DNA from: Malacoraja senta
Lineage: Eukaryota
Direction: 5' to 3'
DNA length: 64,000 bases
Assembly: GCA_038087875.1 (NCBI GenBank)
Contig: JAXLNO010000275.1
Location: 1-64,000 of the forward strand
The notes below the pieces were generated by a model. That model worked only from the letters and a program-made list of their open reading frames with translations. It was not told where the DNA came from and did no database searches. Position 1 is the first letter of the stretch. The number at the start of each line of letters is the position of its first letter. This document shows, piece by piece, positions 1-13,178 of this stretch. A program made the position numbers and the translations under genes.

Positions 1-249
1 CGCACTTGACCAAATAGAGAGCAAACAGGAGCAGGATGGGAGGAGGGAGATGGAGATGGATGAGGGAAGAATGGGCAGCTGGCGTGCGGTACATGGAGCA
101 GCTCTCGTGGTGAACGCACAAGGAATACTGATGGGCTGGAAAAACACTGCAGAGCTGAGAGCAGAGGCTGTGGGAGCCAAAGTAATCACGTCCAAACCGA
201 CACACGCACGCACGCACGCTCCACCCGTGCTGGGAATAAATGGGGGGCA

Positions 250-1705
250 GAATACGCACACACACGGTCACGCACACACGGGTCCCACACACACGGGTCC
301 CACGCACATGGGTCCCACACAGATACACACGAACACACACACACGGTCACGCACACACGGGTCCCACACACACGGGTCCCACACACACGGACACACACAC
401 ACGAACACACACACGGGTCCCACACACACGGGTCCCACACACACGGACACACACACACGAACACACACACACACACGGGTCCCACACACACGGGTCCCAC
501 ACACACGGACACACACACACGAACACACACACACACACGGGTCCCACACACACGGGTCCCACACACACGGACACACACACACGAACACACACACACACAC
601 GGGTCCCACACGGACACACACACACACACACACACGGACACACACACACACACACACACGGGTCCCACAGATACACACACGGACACACACACACACACAC
701 ACATGAACACACACACACGGACACGCACACACAGGTCCCACACAGATACACACACACACACGTGTCACACACACACACATTCACACACACACACACGGGT
801 CCCACACAGATACACACACACACACACACGGACACACACACACACACACGGATCCCACAGACACACACACACATTCACACACACGAACACACACACACGG
901 ACACACACACACACACACATGGACACATACGGACACACAGACACACACACGGTCACGCACACACGGGTCCCACACACACGGGTCCCACGCACATGGGTCC
1001 CACACAGATACACACGAACACACACACACGGTCACGCACACACGGGTCCCACACACACGGGTCCCACACACACGGACACACACACACGAACACACACACG
1101 GGTCCCACACACACGGGTCCCACACACACGGACACACACACACGAACACACACACACACACGGGTCCCACACACACGGGTCCCACACACACGGACACACA
1201 CACACGAACACACACACACACACGGGTCCCACACACACGGGTCCCACACACACGGACACACACACACGAACACACACACACACACGGGTCCCACACGGAC
1301 ACACACACACACACACACACGGACACACACACACACACACACACGGGTCCCACAGATACACACACGGACACACACACACACACACACATGAACACACACA
1401 CACGGACACGCACACACAGGTCCCACACAGATACACACACACACACGTGTCACACACACACACATTCACACACACACACACGGGTCCCACACAGATACAC
1501 ACACACACACACACACGGACACACACACACACACACGGATCCCACAGACACACACACACATTCACACACACGAACACACACACACGGACACACACACACA
1601 CACACATGGACACATACGGACACACAGACACACACACGGACACACACACGGACACACACACGGACACACACACACAGACACACACACACAGACACACACA
1701 CACAC
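250..1705. repeat. CA-rich minisatellite with GGGTCCCAC, CACGGAC and CACGAAC sub-units and a ~685-bp higher-order duplication
   Basis: Seen directly. Identical 170-aa ORFs at 268-780 and 953-1465 are offset by 685 bp. Confidence 0.95.
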
Positions 1706-2277
1706 CCATCCTAAACCGCCCTCTGTCCCTCAAATGTGTTACAAAGCACATCTGCATGAAGATCACAGCATTCCCAGTGCCTTTACTGCCACAGTGGGAC
1801 CAGAGGGGCTGCACTGTGGAAGCTGTGCAGATACGCAGGCCACACCTCCGCTCAATAAGGGTGGCTCACTGCAGGCAGAGGGTGTCAGGGTCCTTCGTCA
1901 GCCGGCATTAACCTGCCTTCCCCCCACCACCACCACCACCACCCACCCCCCCCCGACACTGTACACCCCAAGCCCCCTGTAATCAGAGAGAGAGAGAAAG
2001 AGAGAGATGCAGCCGACAAACAGGCCCTTCGGCCCGCCGAGTCCCTGCTGACCATCAAGCACCTGTTTACACCAGTCCTAGCCATCCTACATTTTCCCTG
2101 ATCAACGTCTGCTTTGATCTGTCGTTTTCACACCTTACCCCTCCATATTTCCAGTTTCCCCCTCCCCCCCGACTCCCAGTCTGAAGAAGGGGCTCGACCC
2201 AAAAACGTCACCCATTCCTTCTCTCCAGAGATGCTGCTGCCTGTCCCGCTGAGTTACTCCAGCATTTTGTGTCCATC

Positions 2278-2553
2278 TAGAGTTGCTGCCTCCCAGCGCC
2301 AGAGACCCGGGTTCGATCCTGACTACGGGCGCTGTCTGTACGGAGTTTGTACCTTCTCCCCGTGACCGCGTGGGTTTTCTCCGGGCGCTCCAGTTTCCTC
2401 CCACACTCCAAAGACGTACAGGTTTGTAGGATAATTGGCTTCGGTAAAAATTGTAAACTGTCCCTAGTGTGTGTTGGATAGAGCTAGTGTACGGGCATCG
2501 CTGGCCAGCACGGAATCGATGGGCCGAAGGGCCTTCCGCGCTACATCTCTAAA
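2278..2553 (+). mobile_element. V-SINE (HE1-like)
   Basis: B box GGTTCGATCC, V-domain and GGGCCGAAGGGCC tail. Confidence 0.8.
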
Positions 2554-2584
2554 GCATGTGGGAAACAGTCCATTAGGCCATATA

Positions 2585-3005
2585 GACAGAGACACAGTTA
2601 CACACACACACAGACACACAGGCACACAGACACACAGGCACACAGGCACACACACAGGTACACACACACAGACACACAGACACACAGACACACAGACACA
2701 CAGACACACACACAAGCACACAAGCACACAGACACACACACACACACACAAGCACACAGACACACACACACACACACAGGCACACACACAGTCTCACACA
2801 CACACAGTCTCACACAACTAGGGAGACACAGATGAACGCACGCAGAGTCAGACAGACACAGAGACACAGACACACAAAGACACAGAGACACAGACACACA
2901 CACAGACACACACACACACACACAGACACACACACAGACACACACACAGACACACACACAGACAGAGAATCCCACATGTATAAAGAGAGACACACAGTCA
3001 CACAC
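2585..3005. repeat. CA/CAGA compound microsatellite
   Basis: Runs of (CA)n interrupted by GA, seen directly. Confidence 0.9.
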
Positions 3006-3603
3006 GCGTACTCGATTCCCTTATGGGCTAAGGACTCGTGCGTTTACCCGATCTATTCCTCTGATGATTTTGTACGCATCTCAGGAGAAAAAGGCTGGGT
3101 GACATTTCTGGGTCGGGACCCTGTCCTGACAAAGTCAGACTGTACAAACGATCGACACAAACGTTGGAGTAACTCAGCGGGACGGGCAGCATCTCTGGAG
3201 AAAAAGGAATGGGTGACGTTTCGGGGTCGAGGCCCACCTTCAGACATTCACCTCCCGACCCCAAATGTCACCTATTCTTTTTTCTTCAGAGATGCTGCCT
3301 GACCCGCGGAGTTACCCCTGATGCACTTTTTGCGTCTATCTTTGGAGTAAATCAGCATCTGCAGTTCCTTTTCACACATGAGGGGTAGATGGTGGGGGAA
3401 ATAACTGCAGATGCTGGTTTAAATCGAAGGTAGACTGGAGTAAGCTGGAGTAACTCAGCGGGACAGGCAGCATCTCTGGAGAGAAGGAATGGGTGACGTT
3501 TCGGGTCGAGGCCCTTCTTCAGACTGGTCATGATCGGAGGTAGAGAGTCACAGTTTCCACAACACAGTCTCACACAAAGACAGATGCAGTTACACTCAGA
3601 GTC

Positions 3604-3985
3604 TCAATAGACAATAGACAATAGGTGCAGGAGTAGGCCATTCGGCCCTTCGAGCCAGCACCACCATTCAATGTGATCATGGCTGATCGTCCCCAATCAG
3701 TACCCCGTTCCTGCCTTCTCCCCATATCCCCTGACTCCGCTATTTTTAAGAGCCCTATCTAGCTCTCTCTTGAAAGCATCCAGAGAACCGGCCTCCACCG
3801 CCCTCTGAGGCAGAGAATTCCACAGACTCACCACTCTCTGTGAGAAAAAATGTTTCCTCGTCTCCGTTCTAAATGGCTTACCCCTTATTCTTAAACTGTG
3901 TGCGGCCCCTGGTTCTGGACTCCCCCAACATCGGGAACATGTTTCCTGCCTCTAGTGTGTCCAAGCCCTTAACAATCTTATATGT
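3604..3985 (-). mobile_element. CR1 LINE 3' fragment with a TTGTCTA-repeat tail
   Basis: Reverse complement of the CR1 end. Similar copies lie at ~21925-22447, ~33968-34275 and ~35503-36091. Confidence 0.85.
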
Positions 3986-4373
3986 TTTACACAGTTTTAC
4001 ACACACACGCCCACAGTTACATACACACATGCACACAGGGTCTCATGTATATAGAGACAGAGATAGAAAATTACATATGTCACATCACAGAGACTCACAC
4101 ATTCAGACACCGTTTTATACCCGCGCTTAGTCACACAGCCCACACAGTCTCACACACATGCAGAGATGCAGTGATACGCACACATGCAGAGATGCGGTGA
4201 GACGCCCACACATGCATGCAGAGCATCTCACACAGACAGACACAGAGAGAGACACAAAAAGCTGGTGAAACTCAGCGGGACAGGCAGCGTCTCTGGAGAG
4301 AAGGAACGGGCGACATTTCGGGTCGAGACCTTCAGACTGATTAGGCGACAGCTTTCAGAGTCTGTGAGCTCTC

Positions 4374-4407
4374 AGTCTGAAGAAGGGTCTCGACCCGAAA
4401 CGTCACC
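4374..4407 (+). ncRNA. Minimal type I hammerhead ribozyme motif (PLE-associated), representative copy
   Basis: agt CTGAAGA A GGGT ctcg ACCC GAAA CG TC acc. This gives the CUGANGA box, a 4-bp stem II, GAAA, a palindromic ACGU minimal stem III and a GUC site (predicted cut after 4404). Stem I is only ~2 bp. Confidence 0.6.
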
Positions 4408-4499
4408 TATTCCTTTTCTGCAGAGATGCTGCCTGCATTTTGTGTTCTACCTTCAGTTTAAGCCAGCATCTGCAGTTCCTTCTGACACAGACACAGAGG

Positions 4500-5395
4500 T
4501 ACACAGTCACACACACACACACACACAGTCTCACACACACACAGTCTCACACACACACAGTCTCACACACACACAGTCTCACACACACACAGTCTCACAC
4601 ACACAGTCTCACACACACACAGTCTCACACACACACAGTCTCACACACACACAGTCTCACACACACACAGTCTCACACACACACAGTCTCACACACGCAC
4701 AGTCTCACACACGCACAGTCTCACACACGCACAGTCTCACACGCAGTCTCACACACAGTCTCACACACACACAGTCTCACACACACACAGTCTCACACAC
4801 ACACAGTCTCACACACACAGTCTCACACACACACAGTCTCACACACACACAGTCTCACACACACACAGTCTCACACACACACAGTCTCACACACACACAG
4901 TCTCACACACACACAGTCTCACACACACACAGTCTCACACACACACAGTCTCACACACACACAGTCTCACACACAGAATCTCTCTCACAGAATCTCTCTC
5001 ACACAGTCTCACACACACACAGTCTCACACACACACAGTCTCACACACACACAGTCTCACACACACACAGTCTCACACACACACAGTCTCACACACACAC
5101 AGTCTCACACACACACAGTCTCACACACACACAGTCTCACACACACACAGTCTCACACACACACAGTCTCACACACACACAGTCTCACACACACACAGTC
5201 TCACACACACACAGTCTCACACACACACAGTCTCACACACACACAGTCTCACACACACACAGTCTCACACACAGAATCTCTCTCCCACACAGACACACAC
5301 ACTAACACTCTCATACACACACACAGTCTCACACACAGAATCTCTCTCCCACGCACACACACACACACAGTCTCACACACACACACACACACACA
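4500..5395. repeat. Minisatellite (CACACACACACAGTCT)n, 14-16 bp unit
   Basis: Dozens of copies of agtct followed by (ca)n. This is the source of the SHTHT-type ORFs. Confidence 0.95.
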
Positions 5396-5547
5396 TGGAC
5401 AAAGCCAAATTTGCTGACAAGGAGAGAAGTACATAAACAGACAAAATGTGCAGGAAGGAACTGCAGATGCTGGCTGACACAGAAGACAGACACAAAAAGC
5501 TGGAGTAACTCAGCGGGACAAAGCAGCATCTCTGGAGAGAAGGAATG

Positions 5548-5582
5548 GGTGACGTTTCGGGTCGGGACCCTTCTTCAGACTG
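5548..5582 (-). ncRNA. Minimal hammerhead motif in the same sense as the NOVA2 pre-mRNA
   Basis: Minus strand reads cagt CTGAAGA A GGGT cccg ACCC GAAACGTC acc. Confidence 0.55.
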
Positions 5583-6081
5583 AGAGCTCGCAGACTCTGA
5601 AAGCAGTGAGGTGCCTACTCCTTCTCTCCAGAGATGCTGCCTGTCCCGCTGAGCTACTCCAGCTTTTTGTGTCTGTCGTCGGAACATAAACAGAGGCAGC
5701 CAGAGACAGAAGCTGCAAAGTGATTATGGAGGAGTCGACGAATGCAGATACGGGGACATTGAGACAGAGATATGGAGGTTTGGGAAGTGGTGGTGGGGGG
5801 GGGGGGGGGGCATGGGAGGGTTTGATGAAACTTTGCCAATCCTAACACACGGTGTTAAATCAGGAACCCAGCACGGTGCCAACCTCCACAACTCCTCCCT
5901 CCACCCACTCCCCTGTCTCATTTGCTCATTATTTAAGGAAACGGGATCCAAATAAAATTCAACCTCCTCAGAAATGGAAGGGGGGGTGGGGGGGGGGAAG
6001 GGGAGCGACAGCTGTGATGTCCAATAAACCTCTCACTGCCCTGGCACCGTCTCACGCTGGCACAGTGAGGCAAATAGCCCC

Positions 6082-6082
6082 A

Positions 6083-6118
<36 letters not shown>

Positions 6119-6926
6119 ACACGCAGACACGCACAGACACGCACGTGCACACAGACAGTCACACACACAGACACACGCATTCACACACACACAGACACGC
6201 TCTCAGACACACAGACACACACACACACACAACACACACACAACATACACACACACACACACAACATACAGACACACACACGCAGACACTCACACAGACA
6301 GACACACACAGACACACGCTCCACGGTTGCCAGTTTTCCAGCACTTCACACATTGCAGTGGTTCATCCGCCAATCACAGCCAACGCAGCCCAGTAGTGGC
6401 TAAACCACGGACATACAGAGAGAGAGAGAGAGACGTGCAAATGTTTGCTTGTACACACATGCACACACACATGCACACACACATGCACACACACATGCAC
6501 ACACACATGCACACACACATGCACACACACAGACATATAGCTGTTTGCACATGCACACACAGATACACAGACCTCCATGCATAGTGAGACACACACACTG
6601 GGACACCCACACACACACCCACATACACGGACACACAGACGCACAAACACACCGGGATACACTGACCCACACACACACACACTGGGACACAGACGCACAC
6701 ACACACTGGGATACACTGACCCACACACACACACACACACTGGGACACAGACACACACACACACTGGGATACACTGACCCACACACACACACACTGGGAC
6801 ACAGACGCACACACACACATACACACAGAGGCACAAACACACCGGGACACACACAGACACACACACACACTGGGATACACTGACCCACACACACACTGGG
6901 ACACAGACGCACACACACACACACAC
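6082..6926. repeat. CA-rich microsatellites plus (CACACACATGCA)n and CTGGGAYAC-containing minisatellite
   Basis: Seen directly. Confidence 0.9.
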
Positions 6927-7069
6927 GTGATACCATCTCAACATCTACCCTAAGATGCCTCCTCCAGGTTGCCCACACAGGCACCTTTTGGGCTGGTGGA
7001 AGGGACAAGAGATGCCAGCATTGCCACCATGCCTGTACCCATTGCTTGCAAGCGGAAACAAGCCCCCCT

Positions 7070-7556
7070 GGAAAAGGTACAGGGAAGGTGTACGAGGATG
7101 TTGCCAGGACTCAAGGGCCTGAGATACAGGGAGAGGTTGAGCAGGCTGGGACTCTATTCCTTGGAGCGCAGGAGGATGAGGGGTGATCTTATAGGGTGTA
7201 TGAAATCATGAGAGGAATAGATCGGGTAGACGCACAGAGTCTCTTGCCCAGAGTAGGGGAATCGAGGACCAGAGGACATAGGTTTAAGTTGAGGGGGGAG
7301 AGATTTATTAGGGATCTGAAGGGTAACTTTTTCACACAAAGGGTGGTGGGTGCATGGAACGAGCTGCCGGACGAGGTAGTTGAGGCTGGAACTATCGCAA
7401 TGTTTAAGAAACATTCAGACAGGTACATGGGACGGACATGTTTAGAGGGATAGGGACCAAACGCAGGCAGGTGGGACTAGTGTAGATGGGGCATGTTGGC
7501 CGTTGTGGACAGGTTGGGCCGAAGGGCCTGTTTCCATGCTGTATAATGACTCCATG
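7070..7556 (+). mobile_element. CR1 LINE 3' fragment (second subfamily)
   Basis: LEKVQGRCTRMLPGL...RRMRGDLI...FFTQRVVGAWNELP. The GGGCCGAAGGGCCTG tail is shared with the SINEs. Confidence 0.88.
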
Positions 7557-8701
7557 ACACGACCCCCATCAACTTCAGCCATGTCAGAGGTCAGAGGTCG
7601 AAAAGGAGCAGGTGCGTCCATTTTTACATACGGACGCAACCTCATTGAGATGCAAATCTCCCTGGTATTCAAGCCATGCTGACGCCTTGCATAGAAATCT
7701 CCCCTATGGCCCCTCTCAGTTCCCCTGCATTGAATTCGGAGGCTGGCCGTTCATAGAGCCTGGAGACAATGGGGACATGGGCCATCTGTCCATATTCATT
7801 TAGTTTAGTTTTGAGATACAGCGCGCAAACAGGCCCTTCGGCCCACCCAGTCCGCACCGACCAGCGATCCCCGCACACTAACACCATCCTACACGCACTA
7901 GGGACAATTTCCAACTTTCCAACAAACCCGCATGTCTTTGGGATGTGGGGGGAAACCGGAGCTCCCGGAGGGAAACCCACACGATCACAGGGAGAACGTA
8001 GAAAACTCCTTCAGACTAAAGAAAGGTCTCGACCCGAAACGTCACCCAGTCCTTCTCTCCAGAGATGCTGCAATGTCCCGCTGAGTTACTCCAGCATTTT
8101 GCGTCAACCTACAAACCTGCAAGCCTTTGGGATGCGGGAGGAAACCAGAGCTCCCGGAGAAAACCGGAGCTCCCTGAGAAAACCCGCTTTGATCCAGAGC
8201 TCGGGTGCAGTTTGTGTGGAGTTTCCTCCAGGGGAGATCACGCAAACTCCACACAGACAGCACCCGAGATCAGGATCGAACCTGTGTCTTTGGCGCGGCA
8301 AGGCAGCGGCTCTACCAGCTGTGTCACCCGAATCCTTCTAATTCAGTCTGAAGAAGGGTCTCGACCCAAAACGTCACCCAGCCCTTCTCTCCAGAGATGC
8401 TGCGTTGTCCCGCTGAGTTACTCCAGCATTTTGTGTTATCTACTAATTCAAACATGAATCTCAATATTTATCCCAGCCACATTCCCCATCAACTCGCCAC
8501 AGTTTCTATCGCTCTGCTTCAGGTTGGGGAGAATGTCCCAAAGTCGTGTGTGCTTGCATGGTTCACAGCCCTCTGTATATTGCCCCTTGCAACGAGAATC
8601 ACGGAGGAAGCTGATGGGAATATGAGGAGAGTAAAATGGCATCATTGGAGGATCGGTGCAGACAGGAGCTCGATGGGCTGAAGGGCCTCTTTCCACGTGA
8701 T

Positions 8702-9265
8702 AGTTTAGTTTAGAGATACAGCACGGAAACGGGCCCTTAGGCCCACTGAGTCCGCGCCGACCAGCGATCCCCGTACACGGAGACTGCCCTGTACACTAGG
8801 GACAGTTTATCAAAGCAATTAACCCAGCAACCTGTTCGTGAGGTGGGGGTGGGAACCGGAGCACCCGGAGGGAACCCACGTGGTAACGGGGAGAATGGCA
8901 CATACACACACAGACTCACACACACGCAGAGACACACGCAGAGACACACGCAGACACACACGCAGAGACACACGCAGAGAGACAGAGAGACAGACAGAGA
9001 CAGACAGAGACAGACAGAGACAGACAGAGACAGACAGAGACAGACAGAGAGACAGACAGAGAGACAGACAGAGAGACAGACAGAGAGACAGACAGACACA
9101 GACAAACAGACACAGACAGACACAGGCAGACAGACAGACAGACACAGATAGACAGAGACAGACACACAGACAGACACACACACACACACACAGAACCCGT
9201 AGTCAGGATCGAACCTGGGTCTCTGCAGCTTTAAGGCAGCAACTCTACCATTACGCCACTGTGTC
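8702..9265 (-). mobile_element. V-SINE split by a CA/CAGA microsatellite expansion (~8900-9192)
   Basis: The SINE tail is at 8702-8900 and the tRNA head at 9193-9265, separated by the microsatellite. Confidence 0.75.
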
Positions 9266-10098
9266 GCCCCAATATATCTCATATATATTACACAAACGTT
9301 GCAGGTTCAAGACCCGCCCCAGACACTGAAACACAAAAATCTAGGCCAACACTCCCCGGGCCCAGCGGGGAGAACAAGGCCACACATAATTCATCACACA
9401 AACTGGGACTGTATTCCCATGAATTTAGAAGGCCAGTTATTAAGATATTAAGGGTGACTGCTGAGGTGGATAAAAATAAACGATATCGGCAACTTGGAGA
9501 GACAGAGACGAGGAGGAGATGCAAAAAATAAACCAGAGCCAAAGATTTAGGAGTAAGTCAAGTTGAGATAAGAGTGGTGGGTATATGGAACGAGCTGCCA
9601 GTGGAAGTGAGGTCGCCCCTCATTCTTCTAAACTCCAGCGAGTACAGGCCCAGCGCTGACAAACCCTCATCATAGGATATGGGTCAAACGCAGGCAAGTG
9701 GGACTGGCAGGGTCTGGTTTGCCGCTGTGATAAAATGGTCAGGCTGTTCGATGAACGATTTGTAATGTAAAACGTTGCGACTCTGTGTGTACTGCCTAGG
9801 TGAGTTCCGCTCTATGATTTTCATGAGTTCATAAGTTGTAGGTCCACACCGCCATTCGATCATGGCTGATCTATCTTTCCCTTTCAGCCCCATTCTCCTG
9901 CCTTCTCCCCATAACCCCTGATGCCCGTACTAATCAAGAATCGGCCAACCTCCGGGTTTTTACTGGGTTGTACGCAAAAGGCAAAGAATTTCACTGCACC
10001 AAGTTACATTGTCAATACAGTTTCATTGAGAAGGGGCGGCACGGACAATTTGGGCCGAAGGGCCAGCTTCCGTGCTGTGAGACTCCATAACACTCCTA

Positions 10099-10398
10099 CG
10101 GTGGCGCAGTGGTAGAGTTGCTGCCTCGCAGGGCCGGGGACCTGGGGTTCGACGCCGATGGGTGCTGTCTGTACGGAGTTTGCACGTTCTCCCCGTGACC
10201 ATGCGTGGGTTTTCTCCGAGATCTTCGGTTTCCTCCCACACTCCAAAGACGTACCAGTTTGCATGTTGATTGGCTTGGTGTATTGTGTATGTTGTTTGTA
10301 GTGTGTGTCAGATAGTGTTAATGTGCGGGGATCGCTGGTCGGTACGGGCTCTGTGGGCCGAAGGGCCTGTATCCGCGCTGTATCTCTAAACTAAACTG
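10099..10398 (+). mobile_element. tRNA-derived V-SINE (HE1-like), near full length
   Basis: It has an A box (GTGGCGCAGTGG), a B box (GGTTCGA), the V-domain GGAGTTTGCACGTTCTCCCCGTG...GGTTTCCTCCCACACTCCAAAGAC, a CR1-type tail GGGCCGAAGGGCCTG and a (CTAAA)n end. About 20 further full or partial copies lie in the window. Confidence 0.85.
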
Positions 10399-10871
10399 AT
10401 CACGAAGGGAGAGAGATTGAACCCACCACCACAATTTATCGGACATCCGATTGTGGTGGTTAATTGTTCATTTTAACTCGGAGATTGATGGTTTTTGCGT
10501 TACCCGGAGGTACCAAGGGACATGGGAAAAGAGCCATTTGTGGAGTCAGTTCATAAATCAATCCTGGTCGCACCTAACGGTGAAACAGAACGAAGAATTC
10601 CCCCTTGTGTTCCAAGTTCCGGGCGATGACAGAGAGAGGAAACACAAGTTTCCACTAACGCGTCTACTCTTCCTGTCCTGCTTCACGAAGGGGAACGCAT
10701 GAATTTCACCAAAATCAAGTTGGCCATTTGAAGGCTCACTTAAGGGCCTTTTTAACAATGAACAGGTTTGGCGGAAGAGCGATAGTCTTTCGTGAAGGGT
10801 GTCGATGCGCTGAGGTGGGGAAGATGTTTCTTCTCCAGAAGTGTCAAAGCACACACCTCCAGATTCAGGCA

Positions 10872-11120
10872 GTCGCTTGGGCAGTCTGCACCCTAGCAGC
10901 ATAAACATTGACCTCCAATTTCCGGTAGCCCTTGCTGTCTCCTCCCCTTCTCAGCTCTCCCTCAGCCCTCGGGCTCCTCCTCTTCCTTTCTCCTTTCTTC
11001 TCCCCACCCCCCTCACCCTACATCAGTCTGAAGAAGGGTATCAGCCCGAAACGTTGCCTATTTCCTTCGCTCCATAGATGCTGCTGCACCCGCTGAGTTT
11101 CTCCAGCACTTTTGTCTACC
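10872..11120 (+). mobile_element. Penelope-like element 3' fragment
   Basis: RLGSLHPSSINID, then the same UTR and CTGAAGAAGGGTATCAGCCCGAAACGTTGCC at 11028. Confidence 0.72.
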
Positions 11121-13034
11121 TCCAGATTCAGGGATAGTTTCTTCCCAGCTGTTAGCAGGCAACTGGTACATGGAGACTTGTTTAAGAAAGAACTGCAGAT
11201 GCTGGAAAAGTCGAAGGTAGACAAAAAAAAAACGCTGGAGTAACTCAGCGGGTGAGGCAGCATCTATGGAGAGAAGGAAATAGGCAGATGTACATGGAGA
11301 GGACAGGTCTGGAGGGATATGGACCAAACGCAGGCAGGTGGGACTAGTGTAGCCGGGGCATGTTGGCGGGTGTGGGCAAGTGGGGCCTGTTTCCATGCTG
11401 TATCACTGAATCATCTCACCACAACTAGAGAGCAGTCCTGAACGACTATCTACCTCAATGGAGACCCTTTGAAGAAGGGTCTCGACCCGAAACGTCGCCT
11501 AATCCTTCGCTCCATAGATGCTGCCTCACCCGCTGAGTTTCTCCAGCATTTTTGTCTCCCACAGTACTAGATTAACTTGGGTGCAGCAGCATCTATGGAG
11601 CGAAGGAAATAGGCAACGTTTTGGGCCGAAACCCTTCCGGGTTTCGGCCCGAAACGTTGCCTATTTCCTTCGGGGTTTCGGCCCGAAACGTTGCCTATTT
11701 CCTTCGCTCCATAGATGCTGCCGCACCCGCTGAGTTTCTCCAGCATTTTTTGTCTACTTTCGATTTCTCCAGCATCTGCAGTTCTTTCGTAAACACTCGG
11801 ACTATCTTTGATCAGTCTTTCCCTTGCACTAAACGTTATTCCTTTACCATGTATCTATACACTGTGAATGGCTTGATTGTAATCATGCATTGTCTTTCCG
11901 CTGACTGGTTAGCCTGCAACAAAAGCTTTTCACTGTACCTCGGTGCAGGTGACAATAAACTGGAACTGAAACTGATCTGTGATTGAAGGAACTGTAGACG
12001 CTGGTTTAAACCAAAGATAGACACAAAAATCTGGAGTAACTCAGCGGTACAGACAGCATCTCTGGAGCGACGGAATGGTTCGTGACCCTTCTATGACGCA
12101 TGTTGCTTGCACACTTTAGAGTCTCACGAGTCTGAAGAAGGGCCTCGACCCGAAACGTCACCCATTCCTTCTCTCCAGAGATGCTGCCTGTCCCGCTGAG
12201 TTACTCCAGCTTTTTCGGTTTAAACCAGCATCTGCAGTTCCTTCTTACACATTGCAAGTTCCCTGCCTATCACCAGACGATGGAATTCTCTGCCGCAGAA
12301 GGCAGTGGAGGCCAATTCATTGGATATATTCAAGAGAGAGTTCGATAGGGCTAATGGAATCAGGGGATATGTGGAGAAAGCAGGAACGGGATACTGATTT
12401 TAGATACACCTTGAATGGCTCTAAGGGCCGAATGGCCTACTTCTGCACCTGTTTTCTATGTTTCTATGTTTCTAATTCTATAATCCAGCTCTGGATGTCT
12501 GGTGGGATGGTATGAAGGCATTGTACACTCCCTGGACAGGGGCAGTAGAAACCATTCCTTCTCTCCCTGGAGGCTGCCTCGGTATTAATCCATACTGTCC
12601 CTGCCCTGGGAGTGCCCAGTGTAGAGGGAGCTTCACTGATTAGTACGGGTGTCAGAGGTTATGGGGAGAAGGCAGGAGAATGGGGTTAGGAGCGAGGGAT
12701 CGATCAGCCATGATTGAATAGATTTGATGGGCCGAATGGCCTAATTCTGCCCCTATCACTTGTGACTCAAGCCCTTTGATCACCACCCCTCTTCAAGGCT
12801 GATGCCCGCGGTGGGAGGGAGGCCATTTTACACCACGCACCATCGCGTTCCACTTGGATCATGTCATCCCAATCCTGGTGCCATCTCAAGACAACAAAAC
12901 CACAGCAGTGCGCTCGCGCGTTGGCACAACCTGGGGGCCGAACCGCGAAGGACCACTCGCACCGCGGATCAGCTCATCGGGACCTCCCTCCTCCCCCCCC
13001 ACTGCACGCTCTCAGCACAGACCGCAGGACTCAC

Positions 13035-13178
13035 CAGGGTAGAAGTCTTTGGATTTGGACAGCTTGATGGTGGCGCCCGTCTCCTTCTGCAACTGGACGA
13101 TGGTTTGGCCTCCCTTGCCGATGATCGAACCAGCAGCGTAACTGGGAATCAAGACCTTCATGAAAAATTCGCCTTCTT
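13035..13178 (-). CDS. NOVA2: NOVA2-like internal exon (exon 2 equivalent) encoding the N-terminal part of KH1
   Basis: Minus strand reads ctcttgcAG|AA GAA GGC GAA TTT TTC ATG...TAC CCT G|GTgagt. It is 144 nt with phase 1 at both ends and translates (E)[47 protein letters not shown](G), with the KH GKGG loop. The EEGE start is NOVA2-like (NOVA1 has EDGQ). It is absent from the ORF track. Confidence 0.93.

Noticed and set aside
50..9330. Many long His/Thr- or Cys/Val-rich ORFs (up to 402 aa)
   Set aside because: They are translations of stop-free CA/TG repeats, open in most frames on both strands. The same applies to 38156-38800, 52109-53505 and 63549-64000.
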